Positions 37,560-50,657 of a stretch of DNA of 64,000 bases are shown here, in pieces (the first letter of the stretch is position 1; every line of letters starts with the position of its first letter). Under the pieces are notes generated by a model. That model ran no database searches. It worked only from the letters and a program-made list of their open reading frames with translations, and was not told where the DNA came from. The stretch is from NCBI GenBank assembly GCA_951406725.2, contig OX597831.1:35898001-35962000 (forward strand). The letters run 5' to 3'. The position numbers were made by a program, and so were the translations under genes. This DNA is from Octopus vulgaris. Its lineage: Eukaryota.

Positions 37560-37940
37560 GTGGAGGCGCAATGGCTCAGTGGTTAGGGTAGTGGACTTGT
37601 GGTCATAGGATTGCGGTTTCAATTTCCAGACTGGGCGTTGTGAGTTTTTATTGAGCAAAAACACCTAAAGTTCCATGAGGACCCAGCAGGAGATTGTGCG
37701 GTGAACCCTACTGTACTCTTTCACAACAACTTTCTTTCTGTTTCTGTTGTATCTGTATTTCAAAGGGTCGGCCTTGTCACACTCTGTGTCACGCTGAATC
37801 TCCCCCGAGAACTACATTAAGGGCACACGTGTCTGTGGAGTGCTCGGCCACTTGCATGTTAATTTCACGAGCAGGCTGTTCCGTTGATCGGATCAACTGG
37901 AATCCTCGATGTTTTAACCGACGGAGTGCCATGATGACAA
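37560..37940 (+). mobile_element. SINE family A, full length
   Basis: Collinear with reverse complement of 375-762; imperfect TSD cacctattgt/cacatattgt. Confidence 0.88.
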
Positions 37941-38949
37941 CACATATTGTACCATGTTCTCAAATATCCCAAGCATTTTATCCTTTTTCTGTTACTACAA
38001 CAACAACAACAACAACAACAACTACTACTACTACTACTACCACTTCTACTACTACTACTATAATGACATCACATGTCACCAGTTGCAAGTGGAGTCTTCA
38101 CATTCAATTACTGCATTGATCAGGTGCTTCAGCTGTTGTAATTCTTATTAAAAATTTCATCAGTTCATAATTCATAAATCACAAGAATTTCAATTATAGG
38201 ATTTTTACAAAGGTTTCGTTGTAACCTTTAAATGCTTAGGTTTGCTTTTTTTTGAAATTCATAAATCCATTATTTTATATTCATTTCATCATAAATATAT
38301 ACATACATATACATACCTATATACATACCTATATATATATATACATTTTCTAAGTTATTCTAAGTTATTCTAAGTTATATATATATATATATGTATATAT
38401 ACACACACACACACATATTCATACATTTTTTAAAATTATTTTTATTTTATCTAGTTTCAGCTCACGAGCTGTGGCCATGCTAGGGCACCACCATATGTAT
38501 TCATACATACAGATACATGCATACAAACACATACATACACACACACACACACATACATACACATGTTTTATTTTATTCTTGACTATATCTTCTAATATTT
38601 CCAATTGGTTTGGCACAGTTGTTGTTGTTGGTGATGATGATTTTTATATTTTTGTTTTTCTTTTCTTTTTTTTTTTGCTGTGAGAAAAATATTAATATTA
38701 TTTTGCTAATGAGCTTTCGTTTTGCAGTTGTGATTATTATTTCAGATGAGAAATGGTAAAAACCATATTTCAATTATGAAAGAAAATAAAATGATAAAGG
38801 ACATATAAAAAAAAAACCCCCTCAAAAGACAGATTTTAAAATAAATTAAAAATAAAAGCAAAACTAAGCTAGTTACCTTTAAAGAAGAAACAGATGGATA
38901 AATTTTCCTTTTAAACAGTTCTGTGAAATATATGTGTGTGTGCCATATA

Positions 38950-38998
38950 TGAGAGAATGTATGTATGTCTATATATATAGATAACAATGTCTTTATAC

Positions 38999-39062
<64 letters not shown>

Positions 39063-39093
39063 GTATATATATATATGTATATATATGTATATA

Positions 39094-39154
<61 letters not shown>

Positions 39155-39248
39155 GCACACATTTATAGAAATATCTATACAAATTACATGTATACACACA
39201 TATCTATACTTCATATATAAATAAATCTATCTGTCTATCTGTATCTAC

Positions 39249-39323
<75 letters not shown>

Positions 39324-39480
39324 CGTATACATATACACATATATACATACATATGTATGTATACATATATATACATACATATATACATAGATATATATAT
39401 GCATATATATATATACATACATATATATATACATACATATATACATATATATATATAGATATATACATACATATATATAG

Positions 39481-39511
<31 letters not shown>

Positions 39512-39992
39512 CCAGACATGTTCATACACATGATAAATTCACTTATGCACTCAAATATCTATATGAGTATATATATACATATATATGTATATATATGTGT
39601 GTATATGCATACATATGTATTTTTGTGTGTATATAACAACACGCACGCACACTCACACATACACTTATTCACACATACACATACACATATTTAGATATAT
39701 ATGTGGAGCATGCATGGATCAGCATGTAGGTGTCTGTACATGTGCATGTGAACATAATATGTTCTGTTAGGTATTCCGTTCTTGTAAAATCATTTCCTCT
39801 GAAGATGGACGCTTATTTATAGCAGATGAAAAATTAAAATCCCATGTTGTATTTGGCTTTACCTGAATTATATATATATATATATATATATCTATACGTC
39901 CATGCATCCATCTATCTATGCATATATACATTTGTATATGAAAGCCTGCACACACACACACATGTATATACATACATATATACATACATATT

Positions 39993-40032
<40 letters not shown>

Positions 40033-40310
40033 CGTATTTTTGTATATGTATATGTATATATGTATATATACATATATATGCACATACATATATTTATATA
40101 CATATTTATATACATATATTTATATATATATATACATATATATGCATACTCATGCACACACAGGCATAAACATGTGTGTTCGTATAACTGTGGACATGCA
40201 TAAATATATATGTATGCATGTGTGTATGTATGTATGTCTTTATGCATGCGTGAATGAATGTATCTGAATATGTATGTTTGTATGTATGTACGTATCTATC
40301 TATCTATACT

Positions 40311-40342
<32 letters not shown>

Positions 40343-40425
40343 CATATATATACACACTCATATATATATACATATACACACATATATATATACATATACA
40401 TATACACACACACAGACAGATAGAT

Positions 40426-40456
<31 letters not shown>

Positions 40457-41010
40457 GTGTGAGTGTGTATAAGTGCATGTATGTATACATGCTCATGAAT
40501 TTTGCTACAGTACATATGTTTTGTTGTTACTGTAATAAGCCGATTACTTTCAGCTTTGACAAACTAATAAAGCAGTTCAATTAACGAAAACAACAACAGC
40601 AGCAACAACAACAACAACAGCAGCAACAACAATAGCAACAAAGACAGCAATAACTACAAAGAACACGAATCGTAATAATGATAAATTTTAGCATAATAAA
40701 TCAACAACAATAACAGTAATGATGTCTTTTATGTCATAACAACATTAATAAAGTCAATAATAGTAATAATTTTTCCTAAAATCTCTATTACAAGGATTGC
40801 TAACAATAACAACAACAACAACAACAATATTAATAAATAACAAATAAATAAATAAACAACAAAAACAATAGTAACAACAACAACAACAAAAATAGGAATA
40901 AAAAATTTATGAAAATAATAATAATAATAATAATGATAATAATAACAATAATGATGATGATAATAATAATAATAATAAAAAAATAATGATAATGTTACTA
41001 ATAATCAGTA
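38950..41010. repeat. (TA)n/(CA)n/(CTAT)n then (CAA)n/(TAA)n microsatellite field
   Basis: Direct reading. Confidence 0.88.
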
Positions 41011-41305
41011 ATAATGTATTTAAAAAAATTATTTCTAAATCACCATACTTGAGCAGTTATAATATAAAAACGAAATCGATAATAAATATGCATACCATCT
41101 TTGAAGAGAAAACAACCTTTCAATTATTAGTTTTTTTTTTGTCTTTTTTTCAAATTTATCGTCTTCATTATTTTTTCCCATTTCTTTAGAAGGTGGAAGA
41201 AAGGCATTTTGCTGTCATAATGTCTCATTTCTGGGGAAAAATTTGTCTTATCTTCCACTGTTGCATTATATTGTCCTCTCTCCTCTCTCTCTTGCTCTCT
41301 TTCTC

Positions 41306-41340
<35 letters not shown>

Positions 41341-41403
41341 CTCATTCTGGATAATTGTGTTTCTCACTATTTATCTCTCTGTTTAACTATCTATTTATCT
41401 ATC

Positions 41404-42117
41404 TGGCACCGCGAGTGTCGCATTGCTCTCAAGCAACTCTGCCGTCCTGGGTCGACCTTGAGTGACTTCAACACAACCAAAGCATTCTATAGGGGTTTAG
41501 TGGAGGGGAGGTACGACGACGAGCTCGGGGCGAACCTGGACGTCGACGAGGAGTACCTGACCCGCCTGTTCAGGACGACTTTCGGGCCAGGGCCCATGGA
41601 CAACTTCCAGAGATCCCTGGCCTGGCAGTGCTACCGAGAAGCGCTACCCGTTCGGGATAAGCTCTACAGACACGGCTCGAGAAACACGGGGCCGACCTGC
41701 CCGAGATGCGGTCAGAGCGACGAAACCGTTCTGCACGCACTCGTGCAGTGTCCAACAATTTCCGACCTGTGGGCTTGTGTCGAACAACTGCTGTCACGTG
41801 TGGGACGAGTCGGTTTATCAGCTGAGTCTATCGTTAATATTGTCACGCCTCCCTCCTTCAAACGGGAAGGAAGAGCTATTTTCATCATCCTTGTGGCTAT
41901 GGCGAAAGAATGTATCTGGTGGACGCGTCTGAAAGGATTGGAGACAAACACTTTCCTCTCTGGTCAATCTCTCATCAACTTCTTCAAGTACCACTTGAAA
42001 AGGAAAGTGAGAGTAGAGAGGCAAGTTTTGTCTAGCGAATGTTTTAAAAAAAGATGGGTGAATGTAGCAAGAATGGCACGTATGAATGACGAAGCCACCT
42101 TGAGCATGATCCTATGA
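41404..42117 (+). CDS. Uninterrupted C-terminal part of LINE ORF2 (zf-RVT-type CCHC domain); truncated, not a host gene
   Basis: LAWQCYREALPVRDKL...CPRCGQSDETVLHALVQCP...KECIWWTR; frame open from the truncation point. Confidence 0.8.
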   Translation, partial: WHRECRIALKQLCRPGSTLSDFNTTKAFYRGLVEGRYDDELGANLDVDEEYLTRLFRTTFGPGPMDNFQRSLAWQCYREALPVRDKLYRHGSRNTGPTCPRCGQSDETVLHALVQCPTISDLWACVEQLLSRVGRVGLSAESIVNIVTPPSFKREGRAIFIILVAMAKECIWWTRLKGLETNTFLSGQSLINFFKYHLKRKVRVERQVLSSECFKKRWVNVARMARMNDEATLSMIL

Positions 42118-42493
42118 ACCCAGAAATTGAAAACAGAGAGTTGCTTATTTGCAAAAAAAAAAAAAAAAAGAAATATAACATGTGACTCCATTGACCGAGG
42201 TTACCGTGGTCTTTTCCGTAGGCTTTTCTTTCCACGGGTAAACCTCACCTGTCCTCCCCTTTACACTTCATATTGACATTTCTGTGATAACGATCCCTAT
42301 TGATCAAAATTTTTTTTTTTCCCCCTTTTTTTTTAACCCCCTTTTTTTTGTCCTCTTTCTCTCCTTTTACGATCCCTTTTGATCGAAACTCCCCTTCCTT
42401 TTTTCTTTTTTTTTTTTTTAACTTTCAAAAGAAAAGCTCTACCTTGTAATTTGTTCTATCTGTGTACAGCCCTGTGTGGCTAATAAAGAAACA
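41404..42493 (+). mobile_element. 5'-truncated Tx1/L1-type LINE, young copy
   Basis: CpG-rich ORF end, pyrimidine-rich 3'UTR, AATAAA at 42482-42487, ATCT repeats on both flanks. Confidence 0.88.
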
Positions 42494-42653
42494 TATCTAT
42501 CTATCTATCTATCTATCTATCTGTTTGTTTATCTCTCAATCTGTCTGTCTATTTATCTATCTATCTATCTATTTGTCTACCTATCTATCTATCTATCTAT
42601 CTATCTTTCTCAACCTGTATGTCTGTCATTCTATCTATCTATCTTTCTATCTT

Positions 42654-42720
<67 letters not shown>

Positions 42721-42725
42721 GTCTA
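42494..42725. repeat. (ATCT)n microsatellite
   Basis: Direct reading. Confidence 0.95.
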
Positions 42726-42779
42726 TGTATATGTGTATCTGTGTCATTAACTTTGTTCTTTTTCTTTTTTGTGTGTGCT

Positions 42780-42810
<31 letters not shown>

Positions 42811-43348
42811 GAATTTATATCTGTTTGTTCATATATTTGTATCTGTGCATGAGTGTGCTTGTGGACATTTGAGACTGAGTATTTGTACGTATTTCACTAA
42901 ATGCGTATGTGTGGTGACTATATGCATTTGTATGTGCAATGTGTGTATATTTACGAGCTTTTTGCAGCCAATATGCTTATGTGAGTATTTTTAGTGTATG
43001 TGTGTATGAGTATGTATTTGTATGTGTACATGTGCATGTGTGTGCGTGTATGAGAGAGAGGCAGTAAGGTAATGAGGAAGAAAAAAGAGTGAGTGAAAAT
43101 GGGGGTAAAAGAGGAATGTGATTAGCGGGGAAAGAAGACAGAGAGGAGGAGAGAGAGGTAAGAAACGAGGGTGTGAAAGAGACAAAGAGCAAAAGGGAGT
43201 GACAGTGAGTGTGATAATTTGCTAATTCTAATTTCAGGATTCTGATAATTTCTGCCGATCCACAAAATTACCCATAATTCCAGTGTGATTCAGTAACGAT
43301 AATGTTCTTGTTTTACTTAGTTTATGCTAGTTAGCTTCGAGTTAACTA

Positions 43349-43665
43349 TTGGGTTGTCCGGAAAGTTCGTGCCGATTTATAGTAGCTTCCATTTCGACTA
43401 GTTTTAGAACATGGTTGAGTCCATAAAATAAGGTTTGACTACACCTCCATTTAGAGCACAGTTTAAGCTATATCTTTGTGGAAGAAGGTTTATGTTTCTA
43501 TAACCTGTGTTAATTCTGTAACCCTTTAAAATGGAAGATAAGAAAGTTCATTTTCAGCACTTGATGCTTTGGGAACCAGACAAAAATTGCTGCAGCTCAG
43601 CTGGGATGTGTTACCCCACCGTCCGTATTCACCAGATATTGCTCCTTCGGATTTCCATTTATTAT
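43349..43665 (+). mobile_element. Internally deleted mariner
   Basis: TA + TIR-like ttgggttgtccggaaagttcgtgccgatt; MEDKKVHFQHLMLWE joined to TRQKLLQLSWDVLPHRPYSPDIAPSDFHL. Confidence 0.85.
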
Positions 43666-43714
43666 GAAATCGAATAGCTCTTCCCCCAAATTTCAGGCCT
43701 TGTGTCAGTGAAAT

Positions 43715-43895
43715 GTAAAAAGCACTCACTACACTTTGAGTGGATCGCGTTAGGAAGGGCATCCAGTTGTAGAAACATTGCTAAATCAGATTGGAGACTG
43801 ATGCAGCCTTCTGGCTCACCAGCCCTTAGTCAAACCGTCCAACCCTTGCCAGCATGGAAAGCAGACATTAAACGACGACGATGATAATGATGATG
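43715..43895 (+). mobile_element. SINE family C 3' part
   Basis: gttaggaagggcatccagttgtagaaac...gcatggaaagcagacattaaacgacgacgatg. Confidence 0.8.
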
Positions 43896-43914
43896 TGCTT
43901 ATAGTAGAAAGCTG

Positions 43915-44160
43915 CTTTGACTGTTGTGCACCCCAGCCTTCTTCAGGTGTTTCGTGTCAAAATGTCATGAAATGCAGAGAGCGAAATAAGAACAGTGTAC
44001 ACCCAAGGATCAAATAAAGGGTTAGGTTTGAACTTCCAAAACAACAACTAAATTCAACACAAGACACCTGAAGATGGCTGGAACATACACCAGCTGAAAT
44101 ATGGTCAAATCAACAGTCAAAATGAAGACGTCGGTCCGACTAACATAAACAATATACATA
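43915..44160. mobile_element. Old Penelope-pLTR-like remnant with decayed hammerhead
   Basis: gacac-CTGAAGA-t-ggctgg..ccagct-GAAA at 44063-44099; inverted partial copy 43933-43950; similar to 22643-22742. Confidence 0.6.
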
Positions 44161-44268
44161 ATAGAAATTCTGGGGCTAATGCAGATTCTCATGTCACTTT
44201 GAAAAATGGATTTTTCTGAAAAAGTTTATTCAGATTCCTAAGTTTTACATGTCAGAGATTACAAATAT

Positions 44269-44300
<32 letters not shown>

Positions 44301-44301
44301 C

Positions 44302-44564
44302 TTCAAAATTTTAACCCTCCCCCAAAAAATTTTGATTGTATTGTTGTATATTTAAGTCTGGCAATTTCATTAAAGCAGGTATATAAAATGCACTTTCTAT
44401 GTTCATTTGGATATACTGTATAAATTGTTGTTTCAATATTGTTAAAATCTCCATATTTCTCCATTTTACATACCTGCTTTTAATGAAATTTCCACACTTT
44501 AATATACAACAGTACATTTAAAATTGGGGCTGGGTGTAGGTTGAGGTGGGGGTTAAAATTTTGA
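44302..44564. mobile_element. Foldback/MITE-like inverted repeat
   Basis: 44302-44390 is an imperfect inverted match to 44462-44564. Confidence 0.7.
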
Positions 44565-44754
44565 AAATTTTTTTTTTGCATATTCGAAATGCATTTTTTA
44601 AGGTGAGATGCGAACATGCATTAGCCCCCAAAATACTTCATTTTCAGAAATATGACATACTTTTATTTATTTTTTTTTTATGTTTTGTCAGGAACAGAAG
44701 AGCAGCTGCCTATGACCTTCTATTCTTTCAGGGACCCAAAGACCTATGAGAAGA

Positions 44755-45005
44755 AAAGGTAAAAGTTATCTCTTGAGTCATACAGACTCATAAGGACCAG
44801 TTTTCTAGTTTCCATGATGTATAAATTACCCACCTGGATGGGACATCAGTCTACTGCAGGATTACTCATTTTTGCCAGATGAATGAACTGGAGCAATGTG
44901 AAATGAAGTGTTTTGCTAAAGAACACAACACATCACCTAGTCCAGAAATTGAAACCACAATTTTATGATCATGAGCCCAACACCTTAACCACTAAGCCAC
45001 AGACC
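44755..45005 (-). mobile_element. CORE-like SINE (family E head, different tail)
   Basis: gaaatgaagtgttttgctaaagaacacaacac...ccttaaccactaagcc. Confidence 0.7.
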
Positions 45006-45299
45006 TCCAGAGTGAATCTCACTAAAATTTTCCAAGATCTAATCGGCAGAGATAAACTGAGTGATAAATTAAGTCAAAGCCCCAAAATTCAAAAAGTGTT
45101 TGCTAGAAATGAGTGTGTCCTCTACATCATACCCCTGTAACCTATTTAACCAAATGTCATCTCCCTTGTTCCTTCTCCTGTCTACTGTATCATCATTACT
45201 ATTCTGCTGTTCACACCCTCAGATGTTAAATAATGATAATGATGATAATATATGTCTTTCTGTGTGTATGTGTGTACGTGTACGTGTATGTACTGTATA

Positions 45300-45510
45300 A
45301 CCACTGATGCCATGTAAATAGCACTGGTGATGGTTCCATGTAAAAAGGCAAAAAGTACCGAATATACTCTGTTAGTGTTAGGAAGGTCATCCAGCTTTTG
45401 AAACCATGCCAAAGCAGACAGTGAACCTTGGAGCAGTCTACTGATTTGCCATCTGTCAAATTATCCAACCCATGCCAGCATGGAAAATGGATGTTAAACG
45501 ATAATGGTGA
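45300..45510 (+). mobile_element. SINE family C 3' part
   Basis: gttaggaaggtcatccagc...ccatgccagcatggaaaatggatgttaaacgat. Confidence 0.75.
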
Positions 45511-46177
45511 CATATCTTTGTGTGTATGTGTGTACATCGATGTGTACATCATAAGAGTTTAGTAACACAAAGTGGATAAAGCTATTAACAAGGGGAGGTA
45601 AGTGTTGGGTTAAGCAACCTCTTGGATGGAACAAGTCAAATTGAGAAAGAAAGAAACAGAGAGAGAAAGAGAGAGAGAGAGAGGGAGGGAGGAAAGGGTG
45701 AATATGTGACAGTGGATACAAGATATAAATATAGTCACATTCTGAATAGCAATACACACGAAGGAGTTAATTTATTAATTCTGTACAAGAAAATATATCT
45801 CATTCTGCTTTATTCTCAAGCAATTTTAGAGCTATCTATGAAAACAGTCTGATTACAATAACCAATGTAATTCTAATTAGAAATTTGGAGTGTTGCATTA
45901 CGCTCAAATATAAAAGCAAATAGATACAACAATGAAATTGTGAAAACAAATATACTGAAGGAAGTAACCCCGAGACATCTAATAACTAATGTATACGTTT
46001 CATTACCTGCAGCTTTGAACCACCATGTGTGTAGTGCATACATCCACGGACAATTGTTAATTCTATTTGCACATTGTTGGTGTGTGTGTGTGTGTGGTTG
46101 GTTATGCATTCTATTGTTTGAAAGTAATTACTCAAACTATTGCAGTTTGAAACACGAAGATTATATTATGGACATAT

Positions 46178-46776
46178 AGGTGTAGGCATGGCTGTGTGGG
46201 AGGAAGCCTTCTTTCCAACCACATGGTTGTGGGTTCTGTCCCACTGCATAGCACCTTGCATGAGTGTCTTTCACTATAGCGTTGGGCCGACCAAAGCCTT
46301 GTGAGTGGATTTGGTAGACAGAAACTGAAAGAAGCCCATCATAAACATATATATATAGCCGCAGGAGTGGATATATATATATAGCCGCAGAAGTGTGTGA
46401 GTAGCTTGCTTACCAACTACATGGTCCCAGGTTCAGTCCCGCTGCATGGCACCTTGGGCAAATGTCTTCTTCTATAGCCTCAGGCTGACCAAAGCCATGT
46501 AAGTGGATTTTGTAGACAGAAACTGAAAGGCTGTGAGCTAGCAGTAACGTTAGCATGCCAGCGAAATGCTTAGCGGTATTTCATCTGTTTTTACATTCTG
46601 AGTTCAAATTCTGCCAAGGTCAACTTTGCCTTTCATTCTTTCAGGGTCAATAAATTAAGTACCAGTTACACACTGGGGTCGATGTAATCGACTTAATCCC
46701 TTTGTCCTTGTTTGTCCCCTTTATGTTTAGCCCCTTGTGGGCAAAAAAGAAATAAGAAACTGAAAGAAGCCCAGCG

Positions 46777-46809
<33 letters not shown>

Positions 46810-46985
46810 ATGCTTGTGTGTTTACATCCCTGTAACCTAGCGGTTCAGCAAAAGAGGCTGATAGAATAAGTACTAGGCTTACAAAAAATTGGGTTGATTT
46901 GTTTGACTAAAGTTAGTGCTCCCGCATGGCTACAGTCAAATGACTGAAGCAAGTAAGAGAATAAAAGAATAAAAGAATAAAAGAA
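46178..46985 (+). mobile_element. Two SINE B heads and one tail with nested SINE D
   Basis: Heads at ~46180 and ~46385; tail 46815-46985. Confidence 0.8.
46530..46754 (+). mobile_element. SINE family D, full length
   Basis: TSD agaaactgaaag (46518-46529/46755-46766). Confidence 0.88.
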
Positions 46986-47104
46986 TATGCAAAGTATGAA
47001 AATAAATATTCAATGTTCAGCCACGTAGTAAAAAATATGGATGCATGAAAGTGATGTAATGCTAATACTACAAAATTTCAAATCATAAGCATTTAAATGT
47101 AAAA

Positions 47105-47330
47105 ACCATCAACTCTTAAGTGTTAAAGCTCCTTTATCGATTTTAATACTTATTTATTCACATTGTTTTGAATTAATCGTGTATTATCTCATAGCTTTGG
47201 AATTTCAATGATGTAATGGTTTAGTTTTAGAATGACAATGAAGGGTAGGTGTGAGAGGCCAGATCTTGCTGGTTTGAACACAAAACAGGTAAAGTATTTG
47301 GGCTGGATATGGCCAGTTTAAATGCTTAAG
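47105..47330. mobile_element. Probable MITE relic
   Basis: Ends aactcttaagtgttaaa / ggatatggccagtttaaatgcttaag resemble decayed TTAA-type TIRs. Confidence 0.35.
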
Positions 47331-47537
47331 TGTGTCTGTGTTTGTCCCCCTAGCGTTGCTTGACAACCGATGCTGGTGTGTTTATGTCCCCGTTACTTAG
47401 CGGTTCGGCAAAAGAGACCGATAGAATAAGTACTGGGCTTACAAAAGAATAAGTCCCGGGGTCGAGTTGCTCGATTAAAGGCGGTGCTCCAGCATGGCTG
47501 CAGTCAAATGACTGAAACAAGTAAAAGAGTAAAGAGA
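47331..47537 (+). mobile_element. SINE family B 3' half, well conserved
   Basis: gcttgacaaccgatgctgg...gactgaaacaagtaaaagag. Confidence 0.85.
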
Positions 47538-48504
47538 TATGTAACAGAATGAAATTTATCAGTGAACCTTAGCAACAAAAGTTAGGTCATCACATTATAT
47601 CTAATATTGTATTATAGTATTTAATACTATAATTATAGCATTAAATGCTGTTGCTATGTACTTTACTTAAGATTCATTTAACATCTATGTTGAATGCTGG
47701 CATGCACTGGAAAGTTTTACAGGATTTGGCAAATAAGTAGACTGCTACAAGCTCTACTGTTTGTCTTGGCATGGTTTCAACAGCTGGATGCTCTTCCTGA
47801 TGCTAACGAAGTGTACTCGGTGCTATTTACATAACACCAGTAGTTATATAATACACACACACACACACACACACAAAACCATATGACATCATCATTTAAC
47901 GTCTGTTTTCCATGCTGGCATGGCTTGGATAGTTTGACAGGAGCTCCCCAAGGTGCATAGGCTATCAAAAGTTTTTCTTGACTGTTTTTGACTCAAGGCT
48001 GTTCTTTCTGCTTCTCTCTTGTTACATCTCAACTATATCATCTCTGCCACAGTATCTCACTTCCAGCTATTTTTAGGACATCCTCCCTTTCACTTCCTTT
48101 GAAAGATCATATCTTTATCCGAGGATAGGCCTTACTATTCCACATCTTCAATTGTCATCAATGCTTCTGTAACTTTGCTGGAACAAATCCATGCTTACTT
48201 CTGGCAAGTGGTGGTCCATAATCTCGCTTCTGACCATTGGCCTGTTCAGCATGAGAGATCCTACATACTAGGAGCTTGCACTTCACTGGCATAATTTCCA
48301 TGGTCTTTGAGACACACAAGCTATCATAGTACAACCAGGACTGGACCTTGTGGTAGAAATACAGAAGTACTCAGAAGAGAGTACTTCAGTCCAGCACTGT
48401 AGCACATGTGGAAAAAGTCACCATATATCTATCACTGGATGGGATGTGACTTGAGGGAGATTTAGCCATTGTTTATTGGGAATTGTTTTTTTTTATCTTT
48501 TATG

Positions 48505-48774
48505 TATCTTTTGCACGTTTCAGTCCTTAGACTGTGGCCATGCTGGAGTCCCACCTTGAAGAACATTTTAATTAAATTAATTGACCCCAGTAATTATTAA
48601 TTTTAAAGCATGGTACTTACTCTACCTACCTCTTTGTGCAGAACCACTAAATTATGGGAATGTAAACAAACCAGCACTGGTTGTCAAGTGGTAGTGGTGG
48701 TGGTGGGGACAAACGTAGACACAAAAACATGCACACACCCCTCCCCCTCTCACACACACACATTCACACACTTA

Positions 48775-48813
<39 letters not shown>

Positions 48814-48980
48814 GTGCACGCTATGGGCTTTTTCCAATTTCTGTCAACCAAATGCACTCACAAGGCTTTGGTTGGCCCCAGGACTATAGAAGAAAAACAC
48901 TTGCCCATGGTACCCTGCAATGAGACTGAACTCAGAACCATGTGGTTGGGAAGTACACTTCTTACCACACAGCCACGCCT
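48505..48980 (-). mobile_element. SINE family B, full length
   Basis: Reverse complement of head, (CA)n spacer and tail. Confidence 0.8.
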
Positions 48981-49405
48981 TTACAGAGTAAAAAATAAAA
49001 CTACCTAATTTTCTCATTGTCATTTATTTCAACTTGGGTTTTTCATTTGTTTTTATGTTTTCAAAAATAGGGGTGAGTTTTACCCACTGCTGATTTATGG
49101 CATGCATCTCCTGTTACACTAAGTGGGGCTGTAAATAAACCATTAATATATAAACGAACTAAGATGAATATTTGCAAAACATTATAAGAATAAAACTGGA
49201 TTGTGATGAATCTTGTGTCTTTTTTCTTTTTTACCTTAGGTTAATGGGTTAAACATTGAAATCTTCTGAGACCTTTGTTGCTAAGAAGAACTAAAAAAAA
49301 AAGAACATTAAAAAAAAAATCTAAGTTTAGTCTTATTTTAATTCTTGGAAATAAATATCTTTAAGTGAGCAGAGCTTTGTGCCACATGACCACACAGTGA
49401 GCATC

Positions 49406-49455
<50 letters not shown>

Positions 49456-49585
49456 TAATAATAATAACAACAACAACAACAACAACAATAATAATGACAA
49501 TAATAATAATAATAACAATAATAATAACAACAACAACAACAACAACAACAATAATAATGACAATAATAATAATAATAATAATAAC

Positions 49586-49619
<34 letters not shown>

Positions 49620-49623
49620 TTAA

Positions 49624-49662
<39 letters not shown>

Positions 49663-49912
49663 TAATAATAATAATAATAACAACAATAATGAAAATAACG
49701 ACAACGATGATGACGACGATGATGATCATGATTATGATGATGATGATGATGATGATGGTGGATTCCGCAATATTAACTGGTTCTTTCTCAAGTGTATAGT
49801 CTCATTAAAAGAAATAAAATCACAGATGAAATTTTACATTAATTTTTTTCTTCATCTTCAAACCAATTACTGTAATATGAGCATCTATCTACCTATCTAT
49901 CTATCTATCTAC

Positions 49913-49971
<59 letters not shown>

Positions 49972-49976
49972 CATAC

Positions 49977-50007
<31 letters not shown>

Positions 50008-50170
50008 CACCCATAGATATGTATATATATATGCATATATATTTATATATATATATATGTATTATATATGTATACACACACACACACACTTACATATATT
50101 TATTTATAAGTATGTATATACACATAAGTATTTATATACAAATATCATCATCATAATTATCATCATTATC

Positions 50171-50211
<41 letters not shown>

Positions 50212-50290
50212 CAATACATATATATATATGTATGTATGTATGTATGTACATACATCCGTACATATGTATATATGTATGTATGTATTTTTA
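49406..50290. repeat. (AAT)n/(AAC)n/(GAT)n, (CTAT)n and (TA)n field
   Basis: Direct reading; explains poly-N/I/L ORFs. Confidence 0.92.
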
Positions 50291-50352
50291 CTCCTATTTT
50301 TCCATCAGAAACTTTCCTGAGTGTCAGTCTAATATATTCACTGTGTATATCC

Positions 50353-50657
<305 letters not shown>

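Noticed and set aside
39780-39870. CTGAAGA...GAAA hammerhead-like words in a (TA)n-adjacent fragment
   Set aside because: Stems I and III and the cleavage triplet cannot be formed
47990-48350. Possible RTE LINE relic
   Set aside because: Only vague resemblance; no translatable motif
49379-50320. 313-aa poly-Asn ORF
   Set aside because: Concatenated (AAT)n, (CTAT)n and (TA)n repeats
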